Under the pieces are notes generated by a model. It worked only from the letters and a program-made list of their open reading frames with translations. It was not told the DNA's origin and did no database searches. This document shows, in pieces, positions 43,490 through 57,059 of a DNA stretch of 64,000 nt. Location: assembly GCA_051530055.1 (NCBI GenBank), contig CM121341.1:13618784-13682783 (forward strand), read 5' to 3'. Position 1 is the first letter of the stretch. The number at the start of each line of letters is the position of its first letter. The translations under genes were made by a program, and so were the position numbers. Source of the DNA: Neoechinorhynchus agilis (Eukaryota > Animalia > Acanthocephala).

Positions 43490-44060
43490 GTGCTGTTGTC
43501 ACTACTTCTTTTTTATATTTTGTTGAACGATATTAAACCTCCCTCGTCTCTCTCTAAACAATTCTTTTATGCGGACAATCTCATCACGGTCACCTTCCTT
43601 CTTCTCCCTCTCGTTTACATCCAACGAAATCATACACATCAAAGATTTCTGCACCGTGCGCGTTACGCTTACCCTTAAGTCCCATCATGCGCTCTGGCTT
43701 TATCTTAGATTCCCTCGCCTACGGCTATCTTATACTTTTCAATGTATCCAAATCACAAATCCGCGACCACTAGACGTTCCATAGAAGGCCTTTAAAATCT
43801 GCACAGTTAATTTTCTCCCACTAACCGAACGCCTTTATAAAATTTTCAACACGTGTCGTCCCCTTTTCAGACCAGCACAACACTCGCAATCCCAATTTCT
43901 TTCATCCTCCTATACCTTGCATCTCCTTCTAACTCCGCTCTTTTTTCCATGCTACCAAATATTCTCGGATATCATGACCCTTGATGAATATGACGAAAGA
44001 CCCTACGTTGCAAACTCTCCTACACTAGTAACCGCAAGGTTTTACATCCGACTGGATCCG
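43490..44060 (+). mobile_element. APE-type LINE RT remnant
   Basis: LLSLLLFYILLNDIKPPSSLSKQFFYADNLIT aligns with ILSPLLFDIFLNDLTPLSTSAKYFLYADDLII of the 57-kb element. Confidence 0.7.
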
Positions 44061-44271
44061 TGATACACTCCGAAATATCACGAGAGGCCGGTCATTCAAT
44101 CGAAAATAAACAGTCACACTCAAGGGACTTATCATATGGTTCGAGTTCCTCTACTTTGATTAATAAAACGTGTTATTATTGTGTTTGGTAAAACTGATTA
44201 AAGACAATTTCGAATTATTTTTCTAGAAAAAATCATTAAAGCTGGTCAACATGTGAGGTACCGGGCTATAT

Positions 44272-44444
44272 GATTAGAATTATTGTTTAGGTATTCACCC
44301 TGTAAATGATTTTTATTAAAAACGTTTCGAACCTCGTCTTGAGTCCCTATTAACAACTAACAGACTGATGATGAACACGATGAGGTTCGAAACGTTTTTA
44401 ATAAAAATTATTTACCGGGTGAAGACCTAACAATAATTCTAATC
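44272..44444 (+). repeat. Second palindromic element with a hammerhead-like core
   Basis: Inverted arms as at 11479. CTGATGA(44365)-T-GAAC-acgatgag-GTTC-GAAA-CGTT. Confidence 0.6.
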
Positions 44445-44666
44445 ATTGAAACTTTCATTCGCATTGGTCCCTCCATTATACCATCTGTTCATGAAATCCA
44501 TTCGTAAACTAGAATCCCAATTAATCATCATACTGGACAATCATTCGCAGAGTGCAATCATTAAAGTTTAACGCGCGATTCGTCGAAGTAATGGAGAATT
44601 CAAAAAATAAATCGAAGAACTTAAAAATGTTGCCTACGCTTAGCAGAGACGATCAGAATTGCCAAA

Positions 44667-47600
44667 TCAATACAGTGTTGAAATATCACACTCCTGTCGA
44701 AACAATTCAACGTTTTTAGCCGTTTGATCCTTAAGCCAATTGTTATAACCTTTGATAGCTTCAACTGTTCTGACAATCTGCGCTTCAAGTTGATAATGGG
44801 ATTGGAACAAATGCCCTCTTGACTTATCGATCAACCTACGAGCATCACGTTTCTTTACAAGCTTAGCGTTCACTAATTTCCTCTTAAGCGTGTTAATGCT
44901 TTGTCGAGTGTTCTTCTGCCATAAAGACGATCTCCGTCGTCGATTCATCTGCAAAGTGCGCTAAGTTTAATTGAAAACTTAGTGAAGGGGAAATTGGGGA
45001 AAAATCGATTTATACAATCAATGGCCTTTTTGGTTAAAATTTGTTCTTTGGCCCTATGGAATTGACCGGGGAGGATGTTCCTAAGGGAGATGGATTTTTT
45101 GCCATGGTTGTTCTGAAGAAATGAAGCTTTTGCTCAAACGTCATCTGCTCTCCCGACAACGATTCAGATTCCTCACGATTGTCTCCACTATTAAGTCGCT
45201 CTAATCTCGGATCCCTGTAAACTTCTTGAGTTCCAATCACTGCCGCAGTTGGATGATCAACGAGCGCTGCATTGCTCACTGAACACAATTTACTAAGCTG
45301 TTCATTAGGCAACATTCTTGACCATTGTCCAGACTCTAGAAAATCATCGATTTGTTCTAGAGAGCTTTTTCTACTTTCCCCTACATCTCCTACGCTCGAC
45401 CATGATATTAAGATTTCGCAAATCATCATGACCCAACGATCTTACATTGAGTTGATCGAATTCATATTTCAGCTTCAGATCTTCAAGTTCATCTGCTTGC
45501 TCTCTTGATAGCTCAATCGAGTCTTCAAGTTTTTGTATTCTTCGCAGTGTAGATTTCGTGATCCATGAATCATCGCGTTCAAGCTTTCGTTCGCTCAAAC
45601 TGTCATTAGACATCCGAGCTTCGTCTTCAATTTGAAGATCGGAAGCTGTCTCGTCCATTAGTGGGCTTAGTGAGTCCTTCCTTATCTGCGAAATCATCTT
45701 TTGAGATGGATTGTTGACAGCACGTTGAAATGACACGTGTCGAGCAATCGAGCCAGGACGTGGTTGCAACAACTTACCTTCTTCTTGATCTTCTGCATTA
45801 CCTAAGAGTTTATGAAGCCCATGTAAACGAGCCGCATGTTTTCCTATCAAAAGTGTAAGAACCGATCCACATGCTGTCATGGCGGCCGCTGCTTGTTCTT
45901 GACTCACGTCCAACAAACACATTTGATTAACATAGATGATTTGATCGCCTGGTTCTAAACGCCCGTCGGCTTCAGCTGCTCCACCTTCTAATATTGATTT
46001 AATGTAAATCCCTTGATGCGGCTGATGAGCTCCACGGGCAGCTACAATGCTCAATCCGATTCCACCTCGACGTTTATGGATCTTTACCTCTTCAACAGTG
46101 GTGCTCTGTGCGATGTTCATCGTTGAAGAATCACTTGAGATAAATTGTGTCCATCGCCCGTCACTTTTCTCGTTTATCAAAAGGCGACAATGTCCACTCA
46201 TACAAAGAGGCTCAATAAAATCCAACAAACCATGAGGAAGTCCACATACAACTTGCTCGCTATAGGAAGCCTGACCGAGAGTCAGTGGAAGACGGAGACT
46301 CATTGCAAAATTGGATTGTCGCTGATACTCACCTGGCGGTCTTCGTCCTAATAACGCATTTATTTGAGCAGGACTTAAAAGATCTAAAACCGGAGATTGA
46401 CTCGGACCTGATTTCAGTAGCTCAACTGCTTGATGACATTGTGCCATATACGAATCTGCGAATCGCTGAAGGTTGTTGTGAGAAGCCCATTCCGTCACCC
46501 GCAAAACTGCGGTCATACACGATCCTCTTCGTTCTGAATTAACGATCATTCCTTGAAGAAGACTGGCGTTCACAAAGTTAAAAACATGAACAATAATTTG
46601 ATGATGAAGGGATTGGCACAACTGACAATGACACATAATATTTAAGATGTCATCTAGAGTTTGAACCAATTGATCTTCGGGTGATTCGCTTATGTTAACT
46701 TTGAATCGTTGGAGAAGCAAATCAAAGCAATCTTGGCATGCAAGTGCAGAATTTCCGGATTCTACAGAACAAATACCCGAGGAAAGATCAATATCGCGTG
46801 TTAAGAAGAAATGGAACTCGTAAAGGTTACTGAGAAGAGTAACGAGTTGTAGAGTGTCTCCACGCCCACTTGTCTTTGCATCATCGATCAAAGAACGAAG
46901 AAATGAGACAAATCGCGCAACGATTGCTCGAACTGTCTCGTGGTCTTCAGATGATGAGTATAAAAATCTGTACCTTATAATCATGTAGACGGAAAATGTA
47001 GCTGTCAAGCGGAATATCGATGATTTGGGTGTAGTTGTGACCGTGTCGAGGGAGTAGGCTAATGCCTGATGGATAACGTAGTCTTCTTTTTCTCCACGGA
47101 CTTCCAATAAAGCCGGAAGCATGTTCCGATTGTCGGACCTGCGACGTTTAAATAAACGAAATCTGTGTCTCTCCGGTGATTCTTTGTCAATGATCGGATT
47201 CCGATTTAGAGAATAATGTATTATCAAGTGAAAGTTACTCTATCATATGATTGAAATTGTGATCAATTGTAGAGCAACGAACAAGTACTAAAAATTAAAC
47301 TGCTGATTTTTTCCAAATCCATAAACAAGCCCACGGACGAGTACATTACGAACAAGTCAATAAAATGAATAATACCCCCTGAATTTGTGCAATGATAAGT
47401 CTACAGTTGTAAAAGTTGTACAAGTCGTAGGTTGGGAATTATGGATTCCGCCAAATCACATTTTCTAACTGCTTATCAAAAAGCCGAGAGCGTTTTATAA
47501 TAACAATAACACGGGACTCTAAAATATGCAGATTTAGCCTGCGCTCATTTCTTTGTTCAACGGCATCTAAAAGGTTTCGCGAAAATTGTATTAAAATTCA

Positions 47601-48611
47601 TTAAGATTACCAAAGGTTCAAACAATCATTACTGAAAATTCCAAAGGGTTTCCAAAAAACAAAATGCAGCAAACTCAATTCGGAACAACGAGGAATGTTC
47701 AGGCTGCACAGGCTGCCAGCAATTCTAAAAAGTCGCCATGTGGAAGTCTCTAAAACCAAACTTAACGCAGAAATCCGGTAGCGATGACTTAACCGATCAC
47801 CAGGATTAAGTTCTAATGGCGAGTAGTCACAATTGGCCGCGAGTCCATTCACTTTCCATTCACCAAACCGCAACTTTCCATCGATTCGCAGGACGCACTT
47901 ATCAAAGTCAACTACGTGCAAGGCGACATTAGGCGCAATCATTTTCTGATCTGATTGAGACAACCGGGCAAGAGACTTCACTTTAAAATCTTCTCCATAA
48001 AGAACAACATAAAAGCAAGGAGAAAGAGAAGCTTCAGCCAATGGAAGACTGCATTTAAGATTTACAGTTCCATTGTTCCCTAAACAGTCCTCGTCACAAA
48101 TAATTTCTTCAAAATATCCATCCGGTGAGAGTGATAATACAACAAGCGTCTGATCCTTTGAGTGTTCAACTTCTACGCTTGTATGACCGTTACATTCAAC
48201 GTGATACAAAGTTGTCAGTCTGCGACGAAGGACGAATTGTTTTGCGTCTATGGAAGGCCATTGAATCTGGATCAGCAATGGACGTTCTTCAGCGTCCATT
48301 TCGCGAATTTGCTCACTTTGCTGACTAACAAGGACTTCAAACAAACAGAAATCGTCACGCGAACTCAAATTCTTGAGATCAGGACGGAATTTCTGGATTA
48401 AAACGCCGACGAGTTCTTGAACGGTAGTCTTATCCGTCACGCGGATGCATTTGGCACATTGATCTTCAAGATGAGGCAAACAATTCTCTCTATAAACCAC
48501 CCGGATAACTCCATGGAGTCCATAGGAAGTTCGTTTAACCTGAAACATCGATAAATGGCAACGATTCCACTGTTCGATTGTTGATCGGAGATCGACGCTA
48601 CATGGTTCCAT
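44667..48611 (-). CDS. AFDN: Afadin/AF-6/canoe homologue (RA, FHA-like, Dilute, PDZ, coiled-coil tail); exons about 48611-47790, 47182-~45441, ~45388-45075, 44948-44667
   Basis: N-terminus LHGVIRVVY...KCIRVTDKTTVQELVGVLIQKFRPDL, LPALLEV...FRLTATFSVYM, DIL region QIIVHVFNFVNASLL, PDZ GIGLSIVAARG...GIYIKSILEGGAAEADGRLEPGDQ. The 3' exon boundaries are tentative. Confidence 0.85.
47183..47789 (-). other. 607-nt stem-closed intron in afadin (junction ambiguous by 1 nt)
   Basis: Removal gives GDRL|ESPERHRFRLF, which has the G-x8-H-x-F spacing I recall for the afadin FHA end. Stems are GTCA/TGAC, CGGATTTC/GGAATCCG and TTTAGAGA/TCTCTAAA. Shifting the junction by 1 nt gives GT-AG with K instead of E. 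Confidence 0.55.
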
Positions 48612-51426
48612 TTCTCTAACGTGGAAAAGAACAGATAGTAGTAACCGGTGGCCGGTATATAAGTGTCATTCTTTCGAGTACTAAAGACTGGCAATCCTGC
48701 GGCGAAAGGGTTTGTTTATTTTTAACAGTTTAATTAAAATTTGAATTCTGGTGATGATAATGCTGGATAAGAGATATTTTATTCATCCCGTTGGAATTTT
48801 CTCTCTATGGTTTAATTAAAATTTTGCCGGGTTTCTTTTCTCTTAAAATTACTTAGTAAGCGTTGGCATTTTATTTCGTGTTTCATTATTTAGAAAACGC
48901 CTGGAGAGCAAACAGTATCGATTTGACGATCAAATCAGTTTAAAAAATTCATCGTTTTTTATCTTCAATGGACACCCAATGCGTTATGCGCTGCTTTTAC
49001 GCTATTTACAAAAAAAGACAAAATTCACGCCTGAAAAAACAAAGATGCTATATTCACTCTTTAAATTCAAATATTCCTCTTTTTCAGTACTCACTTTGTT
49101 ATGCAAGTTCATAGCGTTAAAACAGTAAAATCGTTTATATTTCTAAAAGTACTTTGCTAGATGACTATTATTCGCACTTAACAGCTACGAATGGTATACG
49201 TGTATTGGTAACTCTTCGGGAATTTAGTAATTCCGAATTAAACGTACTAACCAGGAATTCTAGCGAAAACACAAAATCTCTATGAATGTAATCCAGTTAA
49301 AAAGACCTACGATCATTTCTATAGCGAAGATTAGCGATTGCATGCCTGGCTCTCAAAATACCATATTTCTGCATCAATGCGAGCCACTTAAATCTTTAGC
49401 GATGCTGTTTATAGACAAGAAGTTGCACAAGGCATCCAAGATATGCGGTATTTACTGACGCCGAGATTATCTTTCGCTGTCTCATGATAAAATATTAATC
49501 AGAAAGGCTTATCTATACCCTGACAGAAATTTCATTAACTGGTCGCTTGCGCAAATATTGAATTTGAGAACGTAGATTTCACAAATCTTTGCTTTTAACA
49601 AAATTCTCTTATTCACCATTGAAGGCGTACTACCGAGTTGACGAGATTCCTATAGCGAAAAACAATTTACTCAACAATGCTCTCGGTCCCGAATTTTAAG
49701 ACTTTTGTGCGATCAGAGGGCAGGAGCATTCCTCCTACAAAACATAAGTCTGGCTGTGCAACGAGGGAACGCTGCATCCTTCCATTCGACCGTTACACCA
49801 GGGCGGCAGCTGAGTGATCCAGAGCGGTGGTGTGAATGATTTCATGACATTTATGATTAAAGAAATTGAACAAATTCAAAAATTACCTACTAGGAAACAG
49901 TGTGTATCTTTAATCAAGGCCCGCTTCTCTCTGGCCTACTGGCTTAATGTTCGATTTCTCTCATGTTAATGATCTCTGCGGTGTTTCCGAAGATTTTTTA
50001 GTTTCCTTTATGTCATTCTCGTGATTTCTTTGAATCTATATTTAAAAAGAGTGCGTTGACAAATACAATGCTAAACCGACTTTTGTCGTATGGTTGTGAT
50101 TCACTTTTTGGAAATCCAAGTGATTCTTGCATGAAACATTAAAACCATTTCTCAAAAAGACGGAAGCTTTACTCGCAGTCGAAACAATAGCTTGGTTTTA
50201 CTTCTTCGAATTTAATGTTTCTATTGGTAAACCATCACAAGATGACAAATGATAGTTCACCTCGATAGTTCGTACATAAAAGTATTTTTTTAACTAATGT
50301 GTGCAACTCAGTCTAGCCATGACATACATTTGGTTCAATAACAAGCCGCGGCACCAATGACGGCAACTAAACAATGGAACCTAATTATTCGATCCATCTG
50401 CGTTTATGAGTAGCGATGTATTTGCGAAAGCCTTGAATATGCCTCCGACGCCCACATAATACACACACATACTAACGATGCTATGAAAAACTAGGAATCG
50501 GCTTTACCCCGCCCCTAAGGGACCCAAAATAACTGCATTATCTGTTTTTCCCTACTGTCATCGGAGTAAGACTCATTCAGAGATAAAGGCATGTCTTGTC
50601 ATCTCCGTCAACCACACTCCCTTTCAGTACTCGTCAACACATTCCCACGAGAATGTAAAATTCTTACTTATGAAAAAAGTGGGACAAATTCTTGATTCAA
50701 ATTTTCCACAGTAATTACTGTTTCTCCCTTTTTTACTATTAGTCAATCGCACGTTTTACGAGACTGGATCTTTTAAGTTTGCATCGATGATGTGTAACAT
50801 ACGAAATAATTTGCTCAAAGAAATCCAGACTAATTTCTCTACTAGTGAGCATACTTAGAAGGTTTTAATTGTACCGTCTCATGCATCATAAAATTTGTTC
50901 GTTGTTGTACAAAGTTGGAAAGTCGTTCATTTTTTACGCAAGACCCAAGTTGAAATTCAAAAAATCTGAAGGTCCTGATATGGTCTTGGTCATTGTCCAT
51001 TGAAATTCAATTCCGGATATTTATTTATCTTGCAAGTTTTGTAAAGAAATCATTGTCAAGAAAACTTATAGAGTAATTCGTCTCTGTTATCAGTGACTGT
51101 ACTTCAATGTTGATCGGAGTTTAAAATCATGTGTCCGCTTTTCTTTGAATTTAAAAATGATCCCATTCGAAAACTATTTACGGAGTTGTTGGGGGGTTTT
51201 AATTCTCAATCAGAAAATTACTTTTCGATTTTAAACCCCGCCTTAAAAATTTTTACGTAAAGCTCGTCACAATACTTCCCCTTCTTCTGTATGTTTCAGA
51301 CCGTCTCGATGTTGCTCCAAATTTTCTTTTAAACGCACGAGAGTTAAAACCACTTTTCTTAGTCAGCTCCTTACGGGTTTGCTCTTTTGTAACCTGCGCC
51401 TTCAAATTCGCACTCCGCTCCCTTAA

Positions 51427-53310
<1,884 letters not shown>

Positions 53311-53741
53311 AGAAAATGATGTGGCTTACAGACTTTTTAGCCAATTAAAAGTAATTGGTAGAAATTAACCGGTTGTGGGGTGTTAGGGATACTCATACAA
53401 TTCGACAAAAATGTTGAACAGCGACTCCTTCACTCCTCTGAGTGTCTTAATTATGTACAGTTGATTGTACGATTAGCGATTTTTTTTCAGCCAAACATAT
53501 TTAATTAAATTCGGATAAGTGGATGCGTCACATTGTTAACGAAAAGAAACAGAATTGAAACAAACCACACATCAGGGGTTTAAACTGAGATTATTAGAAT
53601 TTAATTAGCATATTGAAGCGACGCCTCAGAATCATCCAAGTAAGAATATTAAAAGCTACGCGACTGAACTTTTCGAATCGGTATAAACGGTGGATTGACT
53701 TTAAATCGTGTTAGGTCCTTCGAAATGACAAACAGTAGCCT

Positions 53742-54287
53742 ATGGGCAATATACACGTTTATTTTTTATCCAGGCAGCGAACCTCGAAGCTTTTAAAGAC
53801 TAACGATCAGCCACCTTGTATCCATGGCAACCAAAGTTCGCTTACAAATGCGATCCTTTGGATGGGCATAAAAATGAAAAACCAGCAAGAAAACAACAAG
53901 TCAGTCGTAATTTCAGGAATCGACTCGGACGTCGACGTGTCGTTAAGACAGTCCGAATTTAACAAAAACCCAGACATGAACTTGAAACTTGGTGCAATAC
54001 TAGGAGCAGTTGAGGGCAGAGTTCGGTCGGTTAAAATTACCATAACGAGCGACGAGACAAAGGTCAGTATGAAAATGTTTGAAAATGCTTCGACGGAAAG
54101 GATAAAAACATTGGAGATGGGCGTTGGTCACCTCAGTCGAGAGATCAGTGATTTGCAAATGGGCGACAGTTGTAGAAGCTATAGTTCCATTTTTAAAGAT
54201 CGGAATTGTTGTTCAAGTTTTAAAAGACCTCTAAGACGTACGATGAGTTCATGTGAGTTACAGTGTTCATGTGGACAATCTGAGTGA
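53742..54287 (+). CDS. Repeated unknown ORF (coiled-coil-like), copy A
   Basis: Peptide SVVISGIDSD...LKLGAILGAVEGRV...RIKTLEMGVGHLSREISDLQMGD recurs at 62413-62877 and, split, at about 54970-55209 plus 60862-61110. Confidence 0.45.
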   Translation: MGNIHVYFLSRQRTSKLLKTNDQPPCIHGNQSSLTNAILWMGIKMKNQQENNKSVVISGIDSDVDVSLRQSEFNKNPDMNLKLGAILGAVEGRVRSVKITITSDETKVSMKMFENASTERIKTLEMGVGHLSREISDLQMGDSCRSYSSIFKDRNCCSSFKRPLRRTMSSCELQCSCGQSE

Positions 54288-55209
54288 AGTGAATTAAAAG
54301 GGGTATTTTTCGACGATTTCCGTGAACCCGAGATGATTGAGCTAGCCAAAGTAACAAACACTCATCTTAATAGATGATAAAAGCTGCTAAAATCACCCGG
54401 AAAATTCGGAAATGTCTCGGGCAAAATAATCAAACTCGTTCATAAAATAGCTGAACTCGACAATTAAAACGATAATAATCGATTCTGAGCCTAATTATGG
54501 ATTTCAGTGTATTTTGCAGGCTTTTACTCGCCGCAACTAGACTGACAAAAAGCATAGCTACAATCTTCGAATGTATACATATCTATGTATTTATTTCTCA
54601 GAGAAACTATGAGGTACTATTTCTTAAATGCTGTCTAATCGTTTCTCAGAAATAGCTAAATTCGAAAATGGGCATTTAGAGGCAAAAACAGGAGATCACA
54701 GACTTTGGTTTCCAATATTTAAATATAATTCATCCTTCCAATGTTAAAATCGCGTGAAGACAGTCGCGACCACGTCAAATATTCATATTGCTAATCTGTA
54801 GGATTATGCGCTTCTCTACTGTTGAAAACACTGACGTTTAGATCAAAGGCTAATTTTGGCAAAATAATATTTAAAACTTCGATTCTCATAATTCTTCGCA
54901 GCTTCACTTTTAAAGATAAATCTAAACTATTTAAGAGCATTAAATTTTTAAACGGATGAAAATCTGCAAGTAAAAACTATTTAAAGACTAGCGATCAGCC
55001 ATTTTGTATCCATTTCAACCAAAGTTCGCTTACAAATGCGATCCTTTGGACGAGCATAAAAATGAAAAACCAGCACGAAAACAAGTCAGTCGTAATTTCA
55101 GGAATCGATTTGGACGTTGACGTGTCGTTAAGACAGTCCGGATTTAACAAAAGCCCAGATATAAACTTGAAACTTGGTGCAATACTAGGAGCCGTTGAGG
55201 GCAGAGTTC

Positions 55210-57040
55210 ATCATTCTTGAGGACTCTACGGAAAAATAACTCGATTACTGAGCACTTTCATCAACAGACGAGGTCTTCTACAGCCAGGGCTTCCTTCTTG
55301 TATCTTTCCCCAAAAATACACAAACCAACGATACAATACCGACCAATAATAGCTAGCTACAATGCCTTTAACCATCGTTTGGTCCGTAGAATCAATGCAC
55401 TAATAAGAAGCGTCATGCCGAACACTCCGTCATACATAGCTGACGGCCCTTCCTTTGCAACCCGAATGCGACTGGAAAAGTATGAACAGTGCAAATTCTT
55501 CACGGCCGACATAAAGTCCTTATTTACCAACATTCCACTCCAAGAGACAATTTCCATAGCAGCTGAACTTCTACACAATCAATGCGAAGAGCCGCGCCTT
55601 GATCATAAAACGTGGATAACTCTACTGCAGCGGTGCACATGCAAGACCGTTTTTGAATTCGATCAAGTTTTCCATGAACAACGCGACGGAGTTGCAATGG
55701 GTTCACCTCTGGCACCCACTCTAGCTGATCTCTACATGAGAAGATGGGAAAACAACTTCTTGAAGAAGCAACCCAACATCAAAAAGTGGCATCGCTATGT
55801 TGACGACGTGTTCATAGTCACTGATAATGAAACGAGCATGGGAGACCTAAGCATTCCACTCAACATGGAGGATCCAAACATCCAGTGGTCAATGACTCAG
55901 GAAGATGAAGAGGGGGCTATATCCTTTTTGGACGTAAAGATAAAACACAATGATAAAGGCAACATCAAAACACAGCTCTACCGCAAACCAGGTATAGTAT
56001 GGGGTCCACCTCACTGGTCGAGCCAACAACCATTCCACTATAAAATAACAGCGGCAACGTCCTACTTCAAGAGGGCCAGGATGATTTCTTCAGAAAGCAG
56101 GGATTGGGAAGAAGAAAAACAAAGTATCACCGAGGCTTCCCTGAATATGCCATCAAAATCAGTCTGAAAAAGGCAATACATAGCGGCCATCGCAAGAAGA
56201 AGGATACCGCAAGCATCTCCCTCAAATACACTGGCTTTAACCACATAAGTGACAACGCGAGCGAAAAACTGAGGCGCCTCAACTACCTCGCTCCAAATCT
56301 TTTGATCTACAACAAACGGGGCTCATCCATTGCGGGCATTCTCAAGAGGAAAACCGAGCAAGAGACCAAATCAGGGATATACAAAATCCCATGTGCAGAA
56401 TGCCCAAAGGTCTACATAGGACAAACCATGCAAGGGATCAGGAAACGGATTTCGCAGCATAAACAAGCTTGCAGGACATTCGACAAATCCTCAGCAATCT
56501 CGAATCACCAACAAACAATCCAGCACAAGGTGGATTTTGAAAAGGCGAGATTCATAACCAGCGAACCGGATCTTAGAAGAAGACTGATTCTTGAGGCCAT
56601 TCACATCCGGGGAAATCCGACGATGGAAGGCAATAAATCAAACCACATGCTGGTGCTACCAAAGTTGCGTAGCATGACGGGCCAATTAGTCGGCAACAAA
56701 CCGCAAGAGGTGTGTGCGGATCGAACTCCCCACACTTCGGGTATTAGCAAACCCGCGGATCTGAGCAACATCCAGACGTGACCGGCTGTGCATGCTGTCT
56801 ATGTCCTCCATTTTAGATAGACTGAAGAGGCAAGGAAAACCTTGCGAAATATTTCTAAAATAAATGAGTAGCGAAAACACCGGGGACAGGATTCGCCAAC
56901 GCACAATATAATAATAACACGTTTTTTTATTACCACACACCCAAACAAGCACGGGGACCATGTATCTTTGGATTCGTGCTGTTTGATTGGGACTGAATTC
57001 GAAAAGAGCTGCAACTCGCCGCATGTGCAAGTCTCTCCTC
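55210..57040 (+). mobile_element. Penelope-like element (RT + GIY-YIG endonuclease), 5'-truncated, one frameshift
   Basis: RT YRPIIAS, FFTADIKSLFTNIP, GVAMGSPLAPTLADLYM, WHRYVDDVF, ISFLDVKI. GIY-YIG SGIYKIPCAECPKVYIGQT..IRKRISQH. Confidence 0.92.
56810..56861 (+). ncRNA. Minimal type-I hammerhead ribozyme in the PLE 3' region
   Basis: TAGA-CTGAAGA-G-GCAAGG-AAAA-CCTTGC-GAAA-TAT-T/TCTA. Core boxes intact, 6-bp stem II, palindromic ATAT stem III, stem I TAGA/TCTA extended by ATTT/AAAT. Confidence 0.75.
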
Positions 57041-57059
57041 CGATTCAGGCCGTAGACTC

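Noticed and set aside
48807-48820. Nematode SL1-like GGTTTAATTA
   Set aside because: Only 10 AT-rich nucleotides match, with no donor site or Sm-site context.
49690-49850. GC-richer stretch suggesting a structured ncRNA (RNase P/MRP, snoRNA)
   Set aside because: No complete set of conserved boxes could be identified by eye. An Rfam/Infernal search would be needed.
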